The notes under the pieces are model-generated. The model saw only the letters and a program-made list of their open reading frames with translations, made no database searches and was not told where the DNA came from. This document shows, one piece after another, positions 57,739-64,000 of a stretch of DNA of 64,000 nucleotides; position 1 is the stretch's first letter, and each line of letters opens with the position of its first letter. The DNA lies in the IMG/VR virus record IMGVR_UViG_3300032242_001280, one strand, 5' to 3'. This DNA is from a virus. A program made the translations under genes and the position numbers.

Positions 57739-58623
57739 ATGTGCGTAGTAATAGCAAAATATTTTAGTGGAACTGGTTGGGTCGGTGTGAAAAACCGTGA
57801 TCGTAACTATGTACCTGACCTTTCATTCCGTAAGATGCAGAATAAAAATACAGAAACTCTTTATTTTTGGGATGATATCACGCAATACTGTGAAGGTATG
57901 AATGATAGCGGAGTATGTGTACTAAGTGCTTCGCTTATGGTGTTAGATGATGAAAAGGAAATCACTGTACGCACAAAAACTCCATCTAAAGATGGTGTAA
58001 AAATTAAAAAGGCACTAAAACTTACTGATGTTAAAGCAGTAGCAATGAGTCTTATTAAACAAAAGTTGCCTGGCTGTACTCTTATTTTTAATCGCGAAGA
58101 TTGTTACCTACTAGAAGGTGCATGGGCGCCTGGCGGTTATGAAGATAAAGATTACAAATATAAGATTGAAAAGATAGACCGCGATACAACAGTAGCTAGA
58201 ACCAATCATGGCGTATGGTTAAAGTGGGCAGGTTATCAATATGGTGCAGATGATAGCGAAAGTATGAGTGCTATTAGTAGTCGCAGTCGTTTGCTAATTG
58301 CACAGCATGTTGCTGATAGCGCAGAAACACCTGCGCAACTTATTGATTGGCTGACTAAGAAGTATGTTGATAATTGGCAACTTAATGCCATGCGTCTAGC
58401 AGATGAAAAGAAGATGATGCGTACAACCGCACAACTTATGTTGGTGCCAAAAGACCTGACAATGTTTGTGCGTCCTATTCAAAGCAATATTAAGTTTAAC
58501 TTCTGGAAACTTAATGGCGCAAAGGATAACAAGATGTGGGTTGAGTTATTAACTAATCGTGTATTGCACACGGGTGAAGACGATCCAAGTATCCCAACTA
58601 ATCTTTCACATATTGAAGATTAA
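57739..58623 (+). CDS. Ntn-hydrolase-fold protein (N-terminal Cys nucleophile)
   Basis: MC start, KNRDR, EGMNDSG, RTNHG. Confidence 0.65.
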   Translation: MCVVIAKYFSGTGWVGVKNRDRNYVPDLSFRKMQNKNTETLYFWDDITQYCEGMNDSGVCVLSASLMVLDDEKEITVRTKTPSKDGVKIKKALKLTDVKAVAMSLIKQKLPGCTLIFNREDCYLLEGAWAPGGYEDKDYKYKIEKIDRDTTVARTNHGVWLKWAGYQYGADDSESMSAISSRSRLLIAQHVADSAETPAQLIDWLTKKYVDNWQLNAMRLADEKKMMRTTAQLMLVPKDLTMFVRPIQSNIKFNFWKLNGAKDNKMWVELLTNRVLHTGEDDPSIPTNLSHIED

Positions 58624-58871
58624 ACTGGAAAGTGGGCTAAACCCCAATCATAGTTTTTCCAATAAACACCAAACAACACAGCATCTTCACTGCAATCAAA
58701 TGACCACTGGGTGGTATATCCATGTTCTTCGTTGACATAAGGCCACTTGTTTAGGCTAAACTTAATGTCATTTGTTTCACACCATTTCCACATCTGATCA
58801 ACCCAAAACTGCGAGGCGTATGCGGCATGGGCGACAGGTAGCGTAATATCAATTTTATAAATTTCAATCAT
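58620..58871 (-). CDS. Small hypothetical protein, distant member of the ...ED..LF..W family
   Basis: WSFDCSEDAVLFGVYW. Confidence 0.5.
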   Translation of the reverse strand: MIEIYKIDITLPVAHAAYASQFWVDQMWKWCETNDIKFSLNKWPYVNEEHGYTTQWSFDCSEDAVLFGVYWKNYDWGLAHFPV

Positions 58872-58887
58872 GATTACTTTTTGTGTT

Positions 58888-58970
58888 TGGTGCGCTCTAC
58901 CAGAATCGAACTGGTACGCCGAAGCGAGAGATTTTAAGTCTCTTGTGTCTACCTATTCCACCAAGAGCGC
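58888..58970 (-). tRNA. tRNA-Leu(UAA)
   Basis: GCGCTCT stem, CTTAAAA loop, variable arm, ACCA end. Confidence 0.9.
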
Positions 58971-58977
58971 ATTAACC

Positions 58978-59265
58978 TTACTTAACACTAATACTATGTA
59001 TGCTGTCAATTCTAAAAGAACGCCATTCAGCAATATCGGTGACAAAAACTGCAAGTGATTTATCACTCACCTTGCGTTCGCGCTTCTCTTCGCCTTCTAC
59101 TACAACCACAGGTGGTAGTAGTTCAGGCTTAAGAGTGCAAGGCATTGTGCGCAAATCGCCATTTACTTTAGTAAATGTTACTTCGCACACGCCTTCACGA
59201 AGCATATCACGCAGCATATCAATGCTTGGTTGAACTTGCGTATTAAATTCAATATAAGATGTCAT
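58978..59265 (-). CDS. WYL-like/SH3-Sm fold phage protein
   Basis: VTFTKVNGDLRTM.CTL...WRSFR. Confidence 0.7.
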   Translation of the reverse strand: MTSYIEFNTQVQPSIDMLRDMLREGVCEVTFTKVNGDLRTMPCTLKPELLPPVVVVEGEEKRERKVSDKSLAVFVTDIAEWRSFRIDSIHSISVK

Positions 59266-59277
59266 TTAATTTCCCTG

Positions 59278-59619
59278 TTATTTCTGTAACATAGCATACA
59301 CGATAAAGATTGAAGCTGCAATCCAAAAATATTTACTACTTAAAATAGCGCCCCACATTTTTGCTTCTGCTGCAGACATCTTACGAGGTTTACGAGTTTT
59401 AGTTTTTGATCCGCCAATAGTACGAGAAGTTCGTTTAGTCCAACCGCCACTGCTAATAGTATCACTTATAATTGTTTTGCCGCCTTTATTAGTAACAGTA
59501 TGGCGATTGCCCTTGCTGCCGCTACTATATGATGTAGTGATACCGCCTTTGCTATTATAAGTGGTAGTAGTTCTACTATTACCGTTTTTTGTAGATGTGC
59601 GTTTAGACCAACCTGCCAT
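59278..59619 (-). CDS. Basic Ser/Thr/Gly/Lys-rich protein with C-terminal membrane anchor
   Basis: Composition; GWxKRTS occurs twice; C-terminal TM helix. Confidence 0.55.
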   Translation of the reverse strand: MAGWSKRTSTKNGNSRTTTTYNSKGGITTSYSSGSKGNRHTVTNKGGKTIISDTISSGGWTKRTSRTIGGSKTKTRKPRKMSAAEAKMWGAILSSKYFWIAASIFIVYAMLQK

Positions 59620-60038
59620 TAATCAATGACCTCTTTAGTTGACTTAGCCAATTCTTTATAGCCTGTTGCAGTAGGATGAATGCTATCGTGACTCAACCAG
59701 TTGTTATGCAACTTGATAGTGCCATCATTAAACTCTCGTGCCATATCTTCAATTGCTGCAAATGCAAGCGGAAATAGTTTTTCGTTAGGCAACACCCAGA
59801 TAACATAATTTGCATCAACTCGTTCACGCAGAACCCATAGCTGTTCTCTGTCACTGACTTTAGGATTATCGTTTGAACCAAGGCTTATGATCGCAATGCT
59901 ACTAGTTGGAAGTTTGGTGCTATATGCTTCAACATAGTGTTCAGTGTTGATACCGACTTTAGCAATAGTTGTGCAATCACGGCGAACATCGCCAAGTCCT
60001 TTTGCAATACTATCACCTATAATCAAACAATCTAGCAT
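59619..60038 (-). CDS. Compact SGNH/GDSL hydrolase
   Basis: IIGDSIA, LGSND, DSIHP...GY; start refined to MLDCLI. Confidence 0.78.
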   Translation of the reverse strand: MLDCLIIGDSIAKGLGDVRRDCTTIAKVGINTEHYVEAYSTKLPTSSIAIISLGSNDNPKVSDREQLWVLRERVDANYVIWVLPNEKLFPLAFAAIEDMAREFNDGTIKLHNNWLSHDSIHPTATGYKELAKSTKEVID

Positions 60039-60056
60039 ATCATACTTCCTAAATTT

Positions 60057-60133
60057 TGGTGGGCCGAGCAGGACTCGAACCTGCAACCAATCCGTTATGA
60101 GCGAATGGCTCTAACCAATTGAGCTATCAGCCC
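60057..60133 (-). tRNA. tRNA with CAU anticodon, probably tRNA-Ile2 (lysidine type)
   Basis: GGGCTGA stem, TGGTTAGAGC D-arm, CTCATAA loop; lacks initiator features. Confidence 0.8.
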
Positions 60134-60145
60134 CACTTTTATAAC

Positions 60146-60358
60146 TTACACTGTTTTGCCTAACCTGTCAAGAAAAAGTTTCTTCAATGTTTTTTCAAAC
60201 AGTTCCGCATTTCCATCAACACGAGCCAAAAACAATTCGTAAACCAGTGGGTCATCTTTTTCTGGTTTGAAATGTACACCACGAGCCTCTAACTCTTCAA
60301 TAAGTTCATCATCATCAAAGTCATCTAGATCAACTTCTACTTCTACATAATGTGCCAT
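60146..60358 (-). CDS. Small acidic hypothetical protein
   Basis: VEVDLDDFDDDELIEELEARG; AAGGA SD. Confidence 0.6.
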   Translation of the reverse strand: MAHYVEVEVDLDDFDDDELIEELEARGVHFKPEKDDPLVYELFLARVDGNAELFEKTLKKLFLDRLGKTV

Positions 60359-60376
60359 GATTTATCCTTGAAAATT

Positions 60377-60468
60377 TGGTAGGGACGCTAGGATTTGAAC
60401 CTAGTCAAGAACACCCATCTGATGCTAAAGAGTTTATAAAACTCTCCCGTGTACCAACACCCGCCCCC
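60377..60468 (-). tRNA. Non-canonical tRNA, UAU anticodon, long variable arm and shortened D-arm
   Basis: GGGGGCG/CGTCCCT acceptor, GTGT-TGGT-ACAC D-arm, AGAGT-TTTATAA-ACTCT anticodon arm, CTAGG-TTCAAAT-CCTAG T-arm, ACCA end. Confidence 0.75.
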
Positions 60469-60608
60469 ACTATGGTTAGGCAGGTATGAAATGTAACAAC
60501 TGACCTGCTATTGCGCCAAAGGCAGCAGCACTAACAAAGAATAAGAATTTCTTAAGCATTTGTATCTCCGTTGTTTATATTATAACTATATATCATTTTG
60601 AAAAATTG

Positions 60609-61319
60609 TCAAGGATTATCTTTAAAATATTCTTTTAAATATTTGAAGCATGCTTGCTTTACTTTTTCACTTGACCGTTCAAGAAATACTATATTGGCAA
60701 TAGACCATACATACCCGTTAGCATCAAACACCACATTGTCACGATAAGGCTTGTTGCAAATCTGACATTGTGGAATAATATTGCCAGCTTCTAGCGGCTT
60801 CTCAGGGTCCATATGACCTTTTTCTAGCACCGTAATAGTTCCGCGCTTGCGATTGTTTGGCTTGTTTTCTTCACTACCACAGCAAGCACACCGAAATTTG
60901 TAATGATGCTTAACTGCGTCCCAGTTGCCTGTTGTAACTGCAACGGCGCGATTATTTTTCCAATCTGGCGCAGTAAGGTTCATATCTAACAGCGCATAAT
61001 AACTAGGCTTAAGCTTTGTGCCATCTGGCATTGCGCCATTGCGACTGCGAGCATTGTAACCATTGACATTGCTCATATGACGCAGTGACTGCGCGTCTGT
61101 TACTTTTTTGTTTAAAATATTACTAGCAAATTCTAGCGCATCCTTGCCATTAAACGCATGTCCAATATGACAATAAGCATAAAGATAGATCATACTAGTA
61201 TTGGTACCAAACATAGGCGGTTTATTCACGCCTAACTGTTTTAGGTTTGCTTCCCATTCACTATAAAATTTATCATAGATTGGCTTTGCTTCATCTAGTG
61301 TGGTTGGTAGCGCAATCAT
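60609..61319 (-). CDS. HNH endonuclease
   Basis: CACCG...LEKGHMDP...NIIPQCQICN. Confidence 0.75.
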   Translation of the reverse strand: MIALPTTLDEAKPIYDKFYSEWEANLKQLGVNKPPMFGTNTSMIYLYAYCHIGHAFNGKDALEFASNILNKKVTDAQSLRHMSNVNGYNARSRNGAMPDGTKLKPSYYALLDMNLTAPDWKNNRAVAVTTGNWDAVKHHYKFRCACCGSEENKPNNRKRGTITVLEKGHMDPEKPLEAGNIIPQCQICNKPYRDNVVFDANGYVWSIANIVFLERSSEKVKQACFKYLKEYFKDNP

Positions 61320-61355
61320 ATTATTTCTCCAATAACTTTTTATCTAAGTATTTCC

Positions 61356-62258
61356 ATGAGTGACGAGTTTAAAAACCTATATGGCAGTATGCTAGTCAAG
61401 GATGCCAAGAGCATTCAAAACGCATATATTAAAGAGTATATCATCGAAAACAAAATTACGCAACGAATATTTTCAGATGAACTGCCTATAGATGTGCAAG
61501 ATGATTTCTTAGATTTCTATCCTCGTTGGATTGCTAGTAGTAAACTCAATAACTTTAGTGGACTGTCTGCATTTCCGCATCGTTATATCAGCATAGGCAC
61601 TACGCAGTCAATAGATGATTTTCATTTCTGGTGCAAAAAAACAAATCGCACCGTTAAAGTTTTTCGCGGTGAATATCCTTATAGCAGAAATATATCTGTT
61701 AAAGAAGGCGACAAGTTTATAGATGACAGCGAATTAAAGTGCGGCGATGCTGTTATTATAAGCTTACCATTTAGCGCAACTGGCGAAATTCATCCGCAAT
61801 GGAATGAACTTATGAATACCTGTGATAGGTTGAAAATACCCGTTATGGTTGATGCTGCTTTCTTTGGTACATGCTATGACATCACTGTTGACCTAAGTCG
61901 AGATTGCATTGACACGGTTGCATTTAGTCCAACGAAAGGATTAAACTGTGGCAAATGGCGCAGCGGTATTTGCTTTACAAAACGCAATCCGCTGCATTGT
62001 CCGTTGGGCATACAAACCGAATGGCATCATGGCGTTCATCTAAACACTGCAATATGTTATCATCTTATGCAAGCATTTTCACCAGACACAGTTCCGTTAA
62101 AATGGAAAGATGCTCAACACCGAGCTTGTGCGCATTATGGATTAACCCCTAGCAAAACAGTGCATCTGACAATAGGCGATGAAAGATGGAAATATTTTGC
62201 TAGAGATGATCTTTATAACAGAGTTAATATCTACTCTGCAATCAAGCTTTTTTCTTAG
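61356..62258 (+). CDS. PLP-dependent fold-type-I aminotransferase-like protein
   Basis: GEYPY, VMVDAAF, FSPTKG...RSG. Confidence 0.65.
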   Translation: MSDEFKNLYGSMLVKDAKSIQNAYIKEYIIENKITQRIFSDELPIDVQDDFLDFYPRWIASSKLNNFSGLSAFPHRYISIGTTQSIDDFHFWCKKTNRTVKVFRGEYPYSRNISVKEGDKFIDDSELKCGDAVIISLPFSATGEIHPQWNELMNTCDRLKIPVMVDAAFFGTCYDITVDLSRDCIDTVAFSPTKGLNCGKWRSGICFTKRNPLHCPLGIQTEWHHGVHLNTAICYHLMQAFSPDTVPLKWKDAQHRACAHYGLTPSKTVHLTIGDERWKYFARDDLYNRVNIYSAIKLFS

Positions 62259-62682
62259 CCTGTGATTGAAGGAACATGCGGTACAGCCCAAGTTCGCGAC
62301 CGAACGCTTCGATCTCCCAAGGCGTGTCCCAATAGTTCATGTTCTCTGGATAATATTTTCCAGCGAAGCGATACATGCGCTTGCGTTCGCTGAAACCAAA
62401 CTTATCCTGAACATGCTGCTTGACATGCACCATCTCGTGAGCAAGGCCCAAGAGAATAGCGCGTTTTCCCATGCTAGCATCAATCGTAATGGTAAACTCT
62501 TTACCATCGTCGTTTACGCAGTCAGCATCGTTGCCGCTGTTTTCTTTGTAGTTTTTTTCAAAGTCAAGATAGACATCAACCTTGTCATGGTTCTTCATAA
62601 GATAATCGGCGTAAAATGCCATCGCTGCCTTGACAGTCTTGCGGTCAACTTTGGATGGCTTGCCAGAAATCGTGAGGTACAT
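62242..62682 (-). CDS. HEXXH zinc metallopeptidase-like protein
   Basis: LAHEMVHVKQ...PWEIEAF. Confidence 0.78.
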   Translation of the reverse strand: MYLTISGKPSKVDRKTVKAAMAFYADYLMKNHDKVDVYLDFEKNYKENSGNDADCVNDDGKEFTITIDASMGKRAILLGLAHEMVHVKQHVQDKFGFSERKRMYRFAGKYYPENMNYWDTPWEIEAFGRELGLYRMFLQSQAKKKA

Positions 62683-62725
62683 GGGTAAATCTCTCCATTG
62701 CTTATATTATCAATATAACACGATT

Positions 62726-63196
62726 TTAGGGTTTGTCAAGCATTATTATCTCGTCAAACCCCTCAGAAAGTTGTGGAATTTCAAGGGCTTCTATCATTCC
62801 CTGTAAAATATTTTGAGGAATATCCTTGCCAACCCGTGATTTTAAACGCCGTTCCAACTCAGGCGCATCTGGCGTAGGAAAGAATACCGCTACCTTGAGC
62901 CATTCGTCGTTAAACTGCTCTAACTTGTACTTGCGACCTTTAGTCATAGTGTTGGTCTGATCCCATACCAAGTCCTTGCCTAACTTGATAGCTGTGTTGA
63001 CCTGTGCCTTGCAGAAATCCATGGCATTGCCAATCTCACGGGAGAAGACATCGCTATAGGTCTTGCCTTGCTTGGCAGCAACCGTATCAATATAAGCATC
63101 GCTAGACGCAATAATCACATCTTCAAACTTCTGGTTTGCAACCCAAGTTGACTTGCCGCTGCCTGGCACACCAATTAACATATACAACTTTGGCAT
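62726..63196 (-). CDS. P-loop kinase (polynucleotide kinase-like, AAA_33)
   Basis: GVPGSGKST, SSD, WDQTN, R...R lid, EGFD. Confidence 0.8.
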   Translation of the reverse strand: MPKLYMLIGVPGSGKSTWVANQKFEDVIIASSDAYIDTVAAKQGKTYSDVFSREIGNAMDFCKAQVNTAIKLGKDLVWDQTNTMTKGRKYKLEQFNDEWLKVAVFFPTPDAPELERRLKSRVGKDIPQNILQGMIEALEIPQLSEGFDEIIMLDKP

Positions 63197-63423
63197 TATT
63201 TTACCCCTATCATTTCAATTTCACTATCAGTTTCAATCCAGAGTTTAGCACCACATTTGCGTGGTTTGTGCGGACTATAGACCATTCGAGATGGACCCTT
63301 GATATCTACTTCCATGCAGTATGTTACCACGCCATTTTGTTCAACACGAACTACAGGCTCACTCTTATTATGTTTGGAGTTAGCCTGTATAATGTTTCGG
63401 TTGATATGGATAATAGTTGTCAT
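63196..63423 (-). CDS. Hypothetical phage protein
   Basis: IHINRNII..N...GPS..VYSP..P..CGAKLWIET. Confidence 0.6.
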   Translation of the reverse strand: MTTIIHINRNIIQANSKHNKSEPVVRVEQNGVVTYCMEVDIKGPSRMVYSPHKPRKCGAKLWIETDSEIEMIGVK

Positions 63424-63578
63424 CCTACAGTATCCCATTTGTCAATGATTGCACTTACAAACAAATAGATAAGCGAAGTGATGGTAAGAATGATCAGTGC
63501 TTCTGCTGGTGTATATTTTAGCGCAGCGAGTACAGTATTTGCAACGATAACTGCTAACACACTAGTCCAAATATTCAT
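63420..63578 (-). CDS. Small two-TM membrane protein
   Basis: MNIWTSVLAVIVAN...LIYLFVSAII. Confidence 0.5.
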   Translation of the reverse strand: MNIWTSVLAVIVANTVLAALKYTPAEALIILTITSLIYLFVSAIIDKWDTVG

Positions 63579-64000
63579 TAAAAATCTCCTGGTGCTACCT
63601 GTAAAACACGAACGCCACACGCACGGATGGCATCAACAACTTGCTGACGGTCATCAAACCATAGAAACGGCTCGCCATAGTCACTGCAAATTTGGTCAAG
63701 CAATTCTACCTTGACGATGCTATCCTTGCGATAGTCCCTTTCCTTACGCATGTAAAGAGCATCAAAATGGATGAAATTATCATCTAACCATTTTTCTGTA
63801 ACTTCTCGTGTTTCTTCTCCACGCCCAGAACAAAAGATAATACGAGTATTAGCACAGTTATGAACACTGTCTACCAGCCACCTAATATCTTCATGCACCG
63901 TATCATTCGCCATACCAGCGTTCCAAGCAGCCCAGTTCTTTGGCTTGCTTGCAACCCAATGCTTGCGATGTTCAGTGTTGGCAATCGTGCCATCAATGTC
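63578..64000 (-). CDS. HAD phosphatase similar to the PseT/Pnk 3'-phosphatase domain, starts beyond the right edge
   Basis: DIDGT at the window edge, CSGR, LYMR...R.DSIVK, FDDRQQVV, QVAPGDF. Confidence 0.85.
   Translation of the reverse strand, partial: DIDGTIANTEHRKHWVASKPKNWAAWNAGMANDTVHEDIRWLVDSVHNCANTRIIFCSGRGEETREVTEKWLDDNFIHFDALYMRKERDYRKDSIVKVELLDQICSDYGEPFLWFDDRQQVVDAIRACGVRVLQVAPGDF

Noticed and set aside
58870-59058. Plus-strand ORF, and the track extension of 59619-60086, running across tRNA genes
   Set aside because: They overlap clear tRNA genes and are translation artefacts
1-64000. Stop-codon reassignment as seen in some large phages
   Set aside because: Long genes are intact in the standard code, coding density is high and no suppressor tRNA was found
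1-64000. Bacterial chromosome origin suggested by clpA, dnaJ, infA, iscA, dctP and phoH
   Set aside because: These are interspersed with a T4-like clamp loader, Rnl1, spanins, baseplate-like genes and late promoters, with no bacterial operon context

Overview
A 64 kb, AT-rich, gene-dense segment of a large T4-like/jumbo tailed phage genome, transcribed almost entirely from the minus strand and read with the standard genetic code. The host is Gram-negative (spanins present) and plausibly proteobacterial. Layout: (1) ~1.6-19 kb, a block of probable head-packaged proteins that share an N-terminal M-K/R-I-x-E/D-I-I-x-E leader. It includes two giant multidomain polyproteins carrying three paralogous COOH-NH2 amidoligase domains plus cytidylyltransferase, RyR, ParB, HiPIP and ART-like modules joined by Glu-rich linkers, and an inverted YafQ-like toxin/antitoxin pair whose promoter segment is bounded by a perfect 17-bp inverted repeat. 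(2) 19-33 kb, ClpA, DnaJ, holin/spanins, PhoH, clamp loader, GroES, a DnaE fragment and MazG. (3) 33-39 kb, virion structural genes, IscA and IF-1. (4) 39-64 kb, accessory genes: two gamma-glutamylcyclotransferases, a secreted nuclease, a candidate repeat-rich sRNA, a radical SAM enzyme, an RNA ligase, an aminoacyl-tRNA-protein transferase, an amidinotransferase, SGNH-like paralogs, a GH19 endolysin, an Ntn hydrolase, six tRNAs (one non-canonical, UAU anticodon with a long variable arm) and split Pnk domains. All functional calls come from motif recognition by eye; no database searches were run, and internal domain boundaries are approximate.
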